DNA from: the human T2T-CHM13v2.0 reference genome, Homo sapiens
Reading direction: 5' to 3' (one strand)
Assembly: GCF_009914755.1 (NCBI RefSeq)
Contig: NC_060936.1
DNA: 64,000 nt
Shown piece after piece: positions 33,960 through 46,542 of this stretch. Every line of letters starts with the position of its first letter. Position 1 is the stretch's first letter. Position numbers and translations under genes: made by a program. Below the pieces are notes generated by a model that saw nothing but the letters and a program-made list of their open reading frames with translations, did not search any database and was not told the origin of the DNA.

Positions 33960-34230
33960 AGAGAATGCAGCTCCGGTGGCAGCCGGCTGCTCTGAGCCGG
34001 CGTCCCAGCAACCTGGGAGAGTTCACGACCCCCATGACCCCGCCCCCACGAATTCCAGCCAATGAGGAAGCCCTCCTCGGCGTCCCGTTGCCAAGCAACT
34101 GGGTTCCCCCCACCCCCACCCGGCCCAAGGGTTAGCAGTTGCCTACTTTCCCCGCAGTGCGATAAACCCCTCGTTGGGGCCGCCTTAGTTCTCGGCCGCT
34201 CTCGGAGGATGGCGATCTGGGAGCCCCTCC
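33960..34230 (+). promoter_or_regulatory. CCDC60 promoter: GC box, CCAAT box and RFX X-box
   Basis: CpG-enriched stretch. CCCCGCCCCC at ~34038-34047, AGCCAATGAG at 34057-34066, GTTGCCAAGCAAC at 34087-34099, and an extra X-box half-site CCCAGCAAC near 34004. No TATA box seen. Confidence 0.8.
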
Positions 34231-34301
34231 ATGGGACCCCTCTCACACTTTGTCACTGGAATTTTATTTATTTTTTAGTTCATATTTTATTTTGCTTATA
34301 G
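34209..34301 (+). other. Putative upstream ORF (30 aa) in the CCDC60 5' UTR; a second overlapping uORF at 34231-34278
   Basis: AGGATGG is a strong Kozak context (A-3, G+4). Translates MAIWEPLHGTPLTLCHWNFIYFLVHILFCL*. Depends on the TSS lying upstream of 34209. Confidence 0.45.
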
Positions 34302-34599
34302 AAGAGAAAGATATCCCTTCCGAAGAGGAGGAAGCTTACAGAAGTTTATAACCTTTCAAAACGTAAATAAGTCCAGGCTTGCCTGATTCTGCCCTACCCG
34401 GACTTCCTTATCCCGTCTGTGGGAGACCCAGGTGCTTTCTCATTACTCTTCAGAAGGAAACCGCTTTGGAGTTCGTGTAATTGGGACTTGGGGATCAGGG
34501 AGAAGTTGCCGAAACTTCTCATACCAGTAACTACTGAAGTAGAAGATTCTGGAAAAATCCTTGTCTTGGGGGCACAGGCTAAAACCTGAAGGATTTTTA

Positions 34600-35685
<1,086 letters not shown>

Positions 35686-37233
35686 TTAGCCTCGAAACCA
35701 ACAAGGGAGAGGGAGAGAGAGGAGAGTCATGGTGTAATTAAATTGTCGAGACACATTCCCGTTGCTATCAATGGCTGGTTTCTCTTAAAGAGTGAAAACG
35801 CGAACCAGATCAGTGAGCTGGGCCATCCTATTAGCCAGTAATTCCAAAATGATGGAATAAATCAGCAATGACACTGTAGAACATCAGAAAAAAATTAAGA
35901 TGAATTGTAGGTTTGCCGTCTGCAGGACTTACTCTCAGAGATCTGCTGGTCTCCAGAAACAGGCATATCCCCTCTCTCTATGGAGAGGCTGCAGAGGGTC
36001 AACTTTTGGTGTTCAAAGGCTAGGTTTGCCACGCACCAGCTGTGTGACTTTAGACAGGTGAATTGCTTAGCCTCTCTGAGGCTTTATTTCCTTGTGTCTA
36101 TGAATTTAGAACAGGAACATCAACTAGGCAGAAGCAGTGTGAGGACTAAATCGAATAAGCTATGAAAATTGTCCACTGTGATGTTAACGCTGGATAATGT
36201 GTTTATGGGACATGAAACAGTGTTGTTGATTTGAAAAACAAAGAAAAATCGATACGTACTGAATGACTGGAGTTAATGGTTCCTGTTTTTTAAATGATCA
36301 TAACTGGACGAGCACAACTGTAAGTGTGCATTTGTTATTGTATCCTCAAACCCCACTTTGCATGGACTGGCCAAGGTCAGCAATGCTGGTCCACTCTAGT
36401 GCATCCACAAGGCACAGTTGTGGCTCACAGTCATGCCCCAGGAAGGAGGGCCTGGCAGGTGGTCAGTCTGTGAAGGAGAGCTTAAAACTCACAAGGGCTC
36501 TCCATGTGGTCCAAAATGTTCCCAAGCTGCTCTTCTCTAAGGCTTAACCCATCTCTGTGCACTCCTCATTACTCAGCCCTCTTAGCAAGACCACTCTGCA
36601 AGATACAGCCTTTTTCCATCTCCTTTCATCTCAAAATACCACACAGAAGGATGTTCAATCCAGAGCAGCCCGCTCTGGGACTGAACTTCCCAGCATAGCG
36701 GTGGGAGAATGAATGAGGGAAAGAATGAAGAGGGAAATGAACACTTCAATAGCGAGGGTGAACATCAGAGCGGGAGCAGCAGACAGAATCACCCTGGGTT
36801 TGGATCTGCCTCTTCGCAGCCCTGTGGTCTTGGGCAAGCTGCAGAGCTGCTCCGCTTCAGTGCTGCCATCTGCAAAACGGGAATGTCATAGAGCTTCCTC
36901 ATGGGATTGCTGTGAGCATTAAATGAGTTAACGTACGCCAAAAGCTACGAGCACAGTTCCTGACATATAGTAAGCACACTTTAGGTTTTAGTTCTATTGT
37001 TATTTCATTTATTTAGTAAACATTTATTGCACTGCTGTTAGGTGCTAAACACTTGCTCTAGTTAAAAATGAGACTCGCCTTCAAGAATCTTACAATCTAT
37101 AGTGTGTATGCTTGGGATGGGGAGTAAAAGAGATAAGAAACGTTATAATGCAGGTTGATTAATGATGTGTTGAGGAAGTATCAGAGGGTGTTGTGGGAGC
37201 AAAGAAAAGGGACAGCTAATTTAGATTCACGCA

Positions 37234-37247
37234 TGTGTGTGTGTGTA

Positions 37248-37286
<39 letters not shown>
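37234..37286. repeat. (TG)n microsatellite
   Basis: Direct reading. Confidence 0.97.
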
Positions 37287-37287
<1 letters not shown>

Positions 37288-38924
37288 TCCATGTTGGATT
37301 TTGGGAAGAAACAAGCCATGTACTCAAATAAATGTAATAGAGTTTTTCATCCTACCATAGAGAGATGTAGAGAGTGGAGGAAGATGTAGAAGATGAAATG
37401 ATCATCTCTTTCTTGGGAGGAGGGTAGTGGGACTCAGGGATGTCAAGCAATGGGAAGAAGGCTTCCAGGAAACTGTTGGATAGACCAAGACTTCCGGCCC
37501 GAAAGCCTCATTGAAATCCTTCGCACCCCTCTCTACTTTCTAGGAAATAATGAAGACCCCAGGGGTTCCTAGCTCACATTCAAAAGATCATGCCCTTAGG
37601 AATTTCAAGGTTTTAGAGTTATAGTAAAGCATTAATTAACCTAATCTAGCGTCAATAGAAAGTGACAAGCCACAAGGAAATATGTAGAGATCAGGATTGA
37701 TGTCTGGGGTAAATCAAATGAATAATAACTGCAGTCATGATCATGATCATGACGATAGTTGGCATGTATTGAGTATGCATGCATCATGTGCCACGTATTG
37801 AACTCAAAAAACTCTTAAGTGTGATATTTTCAGAACCTTCTACAATCCTTCAAGCTATGAACTGTTACCTCTTCATGAGATGGCAACACTGAGGCTCAGA
37901 GAGGACAGGTCCCTTACCCAAGGGCACCCAACGGGCAAGGAACAGAACTGGGATTTGAATTCATATCTGTCTGGCTCTGAGCACAAGTCCTCTCCATCTC
38001 ACCATTCTAGTCAAGCTGTGATAAATGGTTGTTCTGTTCAATGTGCCCAGCACCACAGGGGCTACAAAAATAAGGTGTAAGACACAATCATTGGCTTCAA
38101 ATAGCTTCCAGGTTTGTTTGGAGGAGGAAAGGGAACGACACCTAAAAGTAGAATCACAAAATGCCAGGCGGCCCGGTAAGTGTCTAATGAGGAGGAATAT
38201 GAGGAGTGGCCTCTCCCGGGGGAAGGTATAGCCACACTGGCTGCGTGGTAATATTAAGAGTCCCCTGCATACTAGTATAATGAATGACTGTTGGAAAAAA
38301 CCTCAAAAGGGTCTCGAAGCCCTCTGAACTGGCCATTTTCCTTTCTCACAGGGTTGGACATTGCTATATCCTAACGAATGTTCCACTGGCAACTGCCTTG
38401 TACAGGCTCTTCATGGTTTTTGTTTTTGTTTTTTTTAACTGAGGGAATATAAATAACATATGCAAATCCTCTGTTTGAAAGTCTTTTGTTAAAGAAACCG
38501 TCTAGCTTGCCCTTATGTTGGGTTCCCTAATCTGCTTAGGGAGTCCCTTTTCCCTTTGTTTCCTAAGGAAGCAGACGAAGTCTAATGGGATCAGACATGG
38601 GGGAGGGGAGAAGCAGATTGTGTATAGGATTACCACGGACCCACGATTTCTGCCTTGGAAAAGGCTGAAAAAGAGAGGTGCTTAGAACATCCCCCTTTAT
38701 GTTCTAGAATGAAAACTCAAAAGTAGCATTTGGCAAAAACTGTAAAGGTTTGCAATCCTTTATACAAGCTCTGTCTCTTAGTGTCTGAACTTTCCACCTC
38801 GTTGTCATTAAAAACCCAGAGAGAAAAGCAGCATCCCTAATTTGGGCAGATCCTAAAACTTCCAGGAACCATTCTGGGTGACTTGCTCATATCCTAGCTT
38901 TTAGTGATTAAAGGAGCAGATTCT

Positions 38925-39250
38925 GCCAGGCGCAGTGGCTCATGCCTATAATCTGAACACTTTGGGGGGGCCGAGGCAGGAGGATCACTTGAGCCCAGGA
39001 GTTTGAGACAAGCCTGGGCACTAAAGTGAGACCCCATCTCCACAAAAAGTAAAAACAGAACAAAACAAAACAAAAGAACTAGCCAGGTGTGGTGGCATAT
39101 GCCTATGGTCACAGCTTCTTGGGAGGCTGAGGCAGGAGGCTTGCTTGAGCCCAGGAGGTCAAGGCTGCAGTGAACTGTGATTGTGCCACTATACTCCAGC
39201 CGGGGTGACAGAGCGAGATCCTGTCTCAATAAATCAACCAACCAATAAAA
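38925..39250 (+). mobile_element. AluJ in a MIR; 3' end tandemly duplicated
   Basis: AluJ diagnostics GGTCAAGGCTGCAGTGA. TSD GAGCAGATTCT. Confidence 0.92.
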
Positions 39251-39456
39251 GAGCAGATTCTTCGCAAACTCTGTGCTCCAGCCGGGGTGTCAGAGCGAGA
39301 TCCTGTCTCAGTAAATCAACCAACCAATAAAAGAGTAGATTCTTCGGCAAACTCTGTGGGTTCGAACCCCAACACTGCCACTTACTAGGTTGTGTGATCT
39401 TGGGTTACTCAATTCCTCTCTGTGCCTCAGTTTGCTGCTCTGTGAAACAAGCGTTA

Positions 39457-39632
39457 TCACGTTTTATCTAATCCAAGAAGCCTTCCATTTCCAGATGCAT
39501 CACCATTTTCTTGTGCTGCTAAAAAAGAAAACTTAACAAATTAAACTATCACCTGTTTCAATTATATGTCTCAGTTTCAGAGGTATTAAAATGCAGAAAG
39601 AAAAGGTGCATCTTAGGATAGATGAAATACAT
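39457..39632. mobile_element. MER104-like TcMar-Tc2 MITE inside a MIR
   Basis: Degenerate terminal inverted repeats CGTTTTATCTAATCCAAGAAGC / GCATCTTAGGATAGATGAAATAC. Confidence 0.55.
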
Positions 39633-40109
39633 GTAAAAATGCTTCCCCATCAAAGGGGTGTTGTGGGAATTAGATGACTTAATGTGGGTAATGCTGTTAG
39701 AACAGAGCCTGGCATACAGTAAATACCATTAAATGGTAGCCACCATTACGGCGTTGTTTAATCCTTTCAACAACTCCATAATAGAGGTATTGTTAATAAG
39801 CTTTAGTACCTAGGTAGACTGGGGCTTGAAGATCCCCAGGGTCTAGTTCTCTGCTGAGAGGTAAGTTGGCAGGTGCCTGAAGAAGGGGGCAAACCCAGGT
39901 ATGGAAAAGACCTGGGCCTGACGGTCTCCATCCTTCCTGCCGCCCCACACCCTGCCCCCCACCACCAAGTGATGAGGATGGATGTCTCCAGAGACAGCCT
40001 TAGAAGCCCAATCCAGCATATACCCAGCTGGGCTGCCTGGAGTCGGAAAAGGAGAACCAACATATTTGAGAAACATTTTCCCCAACAAGAGAAACCTGGA
40101 CTCCCAGCA

Positions 40110-40280
40110 CAATACGTTTCCATGGCAAACATAAAACGATTTTCCTCCTTGTCCAAATAGAAGAAATTGTGACCTGAAGAGATAAATGGCGGGCTGTAGT
40201 GAGTCATTGGTTTTTGTTAAAGGTGACGTCAGCGCTCAGTGATCTCTCTGGCCTCTAATCACTGAGACCACGCCCCCTGC
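40110..40280. promoter_or_regulatory. Candidate intronic enhancer or alternative promoter motif cluster
   Basis: X-box-like GTTTCCATGGCAAAC 40116-40130, AP-1 TGAGTCA 40200-40206, ATTGG 40206-40210, CRE TGACGTCA 40224-40231, KLF/SP CCACGCCCCC 40268-40277, in apparently non-repeat DNA. Confidence 0.5.
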
Positions 40281-41419
40281 ATGGAATCACTGATTACCCT
40301 GAAAAAAATAAAACAAAATATCTAACAACCACTTGAGATTCAATTCTAAAGAATCTCAGCTGGCTGTTCCATTTTTATATCACTCATGACTTAAGCCAGG
40401 AAAAGAGAAATGAGGGAGAAGGGACTCTTTTCTCTCTCCAAGAGGTTCTTCTAGCTCCATTGCTACTGCATGAGATAAATTGCAGAATTCATGTTTTTTG
40501 TTTAGGTGGTTTGTTTGGTTTTTTGTTTTGTTTTGTTATCTTTATGGCCTAATGCTTTGGACAGGCAATGCTTGCCTTAGCGAATCTTGCTGTGTCTAAT
40601 TGCATGGGCATGTGACAGTCGGCTCTTTTCCATGATAAATCAGGATGCAGGGAAGGAGTGTGTTCATTACCTCCTGACACGGGAAGAGCGATCGGCACTC
40701 TTCATGCTGGACAAAATGAAGCAGGCTATTTGTCCCATCTGCAAGGAGGCAGCTGCTCTGCAGGGGGAGGGGAGGGTGGGAGAGGAGTGAAGAAATGATC
40801 CAAGAGTCTTGTTGATGGGATAATAAGCTTTGTAATTAGTTAGAAGCTCTGCCTTTGAAGTCAGGCAAAGGTGGGTTCAAATCCTCTTTTTGACACTCTA
40901 GTGTGAGTTTCTGGTAAATGGGGTTGAAGAACAATAAGATCTATGGCATAGATGTTTTGGAAGGATTAAATAAAATAATGCATGTGAAATACTGAGCACG
41001 ATACCCAGTTAGCCTCCACTAAGTGGTGACATGGTCATTATTGTTACTTGTGCTCCTCTCCCTTCTCTGATTGGACATGAGTGCTACCATGACTGTTTTG
41101 AAGATATGGCCAACCCAGAGATGAAGTCTAGAGGAAACTGAGTATTAACTGTAAAGTCACATAGTGAGGTCCATCATTAATGAGGCCAGGCCTCAGCTTA
41201 AGGGTAGAAGGGAAGAAGCAGGTCCAAAGATATTTTTAGAGTTGGTATGAGAATATATTTGCATGAGAGATGCAATGTGTTAGTTGTAGAGAAGGGGGTG
41301 CTCCTGAGCATGGTTTGAGTTCCTTGGATTTACCTCTCAGCTCAGTCCCATTATTCATCTTTTAATCCCATAGAGAGCCAAAGGGTAGTGAGGAAAAATA
41401 AAAGGAAAACACCATATAT

Positions 41420-41880
41420 AAATTAGGGTTGTTTTTGGCTGCAAGTAAGAGAAAAACTGAAAAGCAGCGAAGTAAACAAATAGGAATTTATTTTTCTCAT
41501 GTGAGAAGTCTGGAGGTGGATAGCTGTTGGCATTGGCTCGAGAGCTCACTAGCATCAGGCTGGCAAGGCCCAAGGCCCTTTCCCTCATGGTCACAAAATG
41601 GCTGTCCCAGGTCACAAAATGGCTGTCCCACATCCATATTCCAGCAGAAAGAGGAAAAAGCAGAGAGGAAAAGCTATGTTTGTCCCTTTTATGAGGGAAA
41701 CAGAAGCTTTCCAAGAACCTTCCTGACCTATTTTCTCTATTTCTAATTTTCCAGAACAGTGTCACCTCTCTTTTCTAGCAGTAAGAATGGCTGGGAAAGT
41801 ATGCATCTAACATGAGTATAGAAAGCAGGAGCAAGGAAGCGATGGTGATATTGAAGATGAGTACTGGATTGACTATTCAG
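41420..41880 (-). mobile_element. MLT1J/I-like LTR
   Basis: TTTTGGCTGCAAGTAAGAGAAA...AGAAGTCTGGAGGT...GGCTGGGAAA motifs. Confidence 0.6.
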
Positions 41881-43503
41881 CAGTGACTTGCACAAATGAT
41901 TTCACAAAAATTCAAATAATAGGGATCCCAAGCCATGCATTGACAGAGGGTAACCCAAAAAAGGAGTCATCCCTATCCCCTACCCTACACAACAACTGCT
42001 TAGGAATCTCAAGGGCACTTGTCCATAGTAGTACCCATCAAAGAGCTGTGGGGGTGAGGGAAAAAGTAGAGTTCCCCCAGTGGGAACATTTATTCACTCA
42101 ACTAACATGTATTGAGTTCCAAGGATAGGCCAAGCATGGTTATAGGTGGTGGGGACACAGAAGTGAATAAAGAAAATCAAATGAGACACTCTGGACACTC
42201 TGAAAAATGTAGGGAGAATAACACAAGCATGGATCTAAACAAATGGAATGTGTGCCATCTTTATTCCTGTGACCCCCATCTGTTTCACTGTTTGGTGAGG
42301 CTTAAGGAAATTCTGGTTAGATAAGCCTTTGCACAACTGTGGAAAGAAACTTATTCTTGACTTCCTTTCAACATCCCCACAGCCATCAGCTGTTAAATTC
42401 AAAAGCTGCAAAAATTCATATGGGGTTCAGTGGCAAATAGCACTTACAAAAAATCTGACAGAAGCCAATTAAACCTTTCTTGGACTGAATAAACCAACAT
42501 ATTTTTTCTCAGAGATATTTCTGACAGCTAAATTCAAAATCATAATCATCATAATGGGATACCTTCTATCATGAGATGGTGGCATTTTCCCTTCTAAATT
42601 CCTGTTTTCAAACTCTGCTGAGAAAATTTCTTGCGGGGCTCAATTTTGATCTAATGTATTTCTGCCTAAATTGGAATTTATGCAATCGGTAGTTTTATTT
42701 AATAACTTGAAAATTAGCCGCGTCTGGCAATCGGCTTGCAAGCTTGGAAATGCCTCGGGGTTTCTGGATTTCACTAAGCGGGGAGATTATACAACTGGGA
42801 CAGATTCTGGGATAGGTTCAGCATTGTCAGGGGTTTCATAGTGGCTGTAGATCAGGGGCAGAACAGAGAGAGACTATCCCTCATTGCAGCCTGGTACATG
42901 ATCAGGGTCATCTTTTGAGGTATATATTGAGCACCTACCATGTGACAGATGTTTTGAGGGCGCTAAAATGCAGCAGACTTGTGGTCTTCTCCCAAGGAAC
43001 CCACAGTGCTGTTGGAAAGAACATTTATAAATAACTATGAATCAAGATAGTGAATAACAAGTACCAAAAGAAAGGCAAACTATATATATATATATATATA
43101 TGTATATATAAGCTTGAGGTAGAAACAAGTTCTATCATGGAAAGACAGGTGCAGTGAAGCCATCTGAATCTTGAACGTTGGCTGGATATAGACTTGGGTG
43201 GTACTAGACACTGAGCCAAACCTAGAACTCATTTTCTAATACATCAGGGAGGAAGGGAGGGGGCGTATTACCATTCTCCTGCAAAAAACAACTTCTTTCT
43301 TGGTATCCTGTCTGAAAAAATGCTGCCTCACAGAGCTCCAGCAGATCACTCTTTTCATACTCTCCTTCTCCATACCCAAAGTTACCCAAGTTTCTGTCCC
43401 AAAGGGTTGTCAAATTAGGGAGGACTTTGCCCCATGAACTCCCACTAAAGCTTTAAATAATTGGAAATATCTAGTGTGTTACTTCTCTCCAGGCTTTACG
43501 TTT

Positions 43504-43724
43504 CAGCAGAGTTTCTCAAATTTGGCACTATTGAACATTTGAGGCCAGATAGGCTGTCCCTTGCATTGCAGGGTGTGAAGCAGCATTCCTGACCTCTCCC
43601 TATTAGATGACAGTTGCAGCCTCCCCATGGTGACAACGAAAAACATCTCAGTATTGCCAAATGTCCTCAGGGGGCAAGACCATCCACAGTTGAGAATCAC
43701 CAGCAGAAGGATACTAAAGTCTTG
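43504..43724. mobile_element. MER20 hAT-Charlie element
   Basis: GAGTTTCTCAAATTTGGCACTATTGAACATTTGAGGCCAGATA...GTTGAGAATCACCAG. Confidence 0.85.
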
Positions 43725-43739
43725 ACTACCCTTCCCCAG

Positions 43740-44232
43740 TTGAATGCCTATCTGATGGTAAAACCTTCCCCGTCTAAATAAATGATGCCGTCATGTACCC
43801 AGTTGTTCAAGTAGAAACCCAAGCTTCATCTATGACCTCTGCCTCTTCATCACCCCGTATGTCCAATTAACTACCACAGGGTGGGTGTTCAGTGGATGCT
43901 GCCTCCTTCCCCAAGGTTACTACCTGGTCCATAGCACCATTATTTCTTGCCTGGACCACCCCATTGGCCCCATTACTGTACTTTTTACCTTCCATCTGAC
44001 CCATTATCTTTCAATGCAAGTGTGATACTGTCATTCCCCTTGTTAAAACAATTCAATGACCCTCTATTGTCCTGAAAATGAAGACGAATATCTTTAATGA
44101 AGTTTAAAAGTCTCTGCATGATCTGGCCCATGGCAGGTTCTTCAGCCTCATCTTTCTTCACTTGGTCACCACTAAGGAGCCACACTAGTTTTGGAATTTC
44201 TGCCTTATATCTTCTTCCTCCTCTTAGAACAT

Positions 44233-44318
<86 letters not shown>

Positions 44319-44560
44319 TCTCCTACTTCCTTCAATGTCAGCTTTAATATCACTTCTTTTGACAAGCCTTCCCTGGCCACCACCTCCCCATCCAGGTCAC
44401 ACGCTTCTTTTGCACCATAAAATTCCCCTTTGTAATACTATCTTCCCTAGGAAACTGTAAGCTCCTCCAGAGCAAGAAACATGGTGGCTTTTTTGTTGCC
44501 ACCACTTTGGTATCCCACAGGACCTGCCACATCAGACGTACAATTAAGACTTAGATGAGT
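43740..44560 (+). mobile_element. L2 fragment with a (CT)n(CA)n microsatellite at 44234-44315
   Basis: Typical L2 3' sequence (CATGATCTGGCCC, CTGTAAGCTCCTCCAGAGCAAGAAAC). Confidence 0.7.
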
Positions 44561-44636
44561 AAGCTCTTTCTAGTGCTCTCTTGTCTCATAAGTATAACAT
44601 TAAAGCCAAACCAACCCTGCTTAAGACAGAAAAAGG

Positions 44637-44973
<337 letters not shown>

Positions 44974-45205
44974 TTAGATGGGACATAGAAAGGGAGGTAC
45001 CTCTCAAGACCTCTCCTCAAACAGTCAGTTTAGATGGGACATAGAAACGGAGCTGCCTCTCAAGACCTCCCCTCAAACAGCCAAATCCTTATGGTTTTTC
45101 ACGGCAATATCTTTCCAGAAATTTGAATGGTGGTGGAGCAGGCATAGCCCTTACCTGGAATTAAGAGGCCTGGTTCCCAGCTCTCTCACTATCTGGCTGT
45201 ATGAC

Positions 45206-45541
45206 TTTTGTTTTTGTTTGTTTGTTTTTTGTTGTTTTTTTGTTTGTTTGTTTTGAGACAGTCTCACTCTGTCACCCTGGCTGGAGTGCAGTGGCGCGAT
45301 CTCAGCTCAATTCAATCTCCACCTCCCAGGTTCAAGGGATTCTTTTCTCAGCCTCCCAAATAGCTGGGTTTACAAGCACATGCCGCCATACCCAGCTGAT
45401 TTTTTTTTTTTTTTTTTTTTTAGTAGAGATGGAGTTTTGCCATATTGCCCGGGCTGATCCCGAACTCCTGGGCTCAAGAGATCTACCCACCTCGGCCTCC
45501 CAAAGTGCTGGGATTACAGGTGTGAGCCACTGTACCTGGCC
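45206..45541 (-). mobile_element. AluJb-like in a MIR
   Basis: TSD CTGGCTGTATGACTTT. Confidence 0.93.
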
Positions 45542-46179
45542 TGGCTGTATGACTTTGGACAAATCACTTAACCTCTTTGATTTCTTTGTCTTCATCTGAA
45601 GAAACAGGGAATCTTAACCTGGAAATTGCTAGGCTCCCTTGATGGCACTTGAAAAAAAAATGGCTACCACTTACTGAGCATCTATTTTGCACCAATTTCT
45701 TTGCCTATATTATTAAAATGAACTCTTCAATCCAGTGTGGCAGGTGCTATCATGACATCTAACCTCTACTTGTAGAGATGAGGAAACTGAGGCTTGAAGA
45801 AGTTTTGCAACCTGTCCAGAGACACCAGAGAAGCAGGTGATGGAGTTAGGATTTGAATCCAGAACCAAGTAACTACAGAAAGCCTGTGCTCTTAAGATGA
45901 GCCTGGTAGGTTGCAGTAAGAAGGGGCAAGTATCTCTCTAAAAGGGGCAACTATTGGTGCAATTTTTAAAGAATATGTTTAAAAAGCCTCTGGAAGAAAG
46001 GGGAAAGTGCCAATTTTAGCTGTAGGCAATGCAAACAAGAATGTGACTGTGCCCGTGACCACAGACAAGGATATTTGCATTTTCTTGAGCTTTTGCTAAA
46101 ATATGCTAGCAGGTTTCTGCCAGAAAAAAACACAGCTAAGGATGAGAAGAAGAGGGAGAAAAACCTGCATGTGGCTTAG

Positions 46180-46542
<363 letters not shown>

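Noticed and set aside
39850-39870. Consensus donor GAG|GTAAGT in intron 1 (another CG|GTAAGT at ~38175)
   Set aside because: No convincing paired acceptor or open exon; such motifs are expected by chance. The next CCDC60 coding exon (recalled as starting VPDK...) was not seen in the window.
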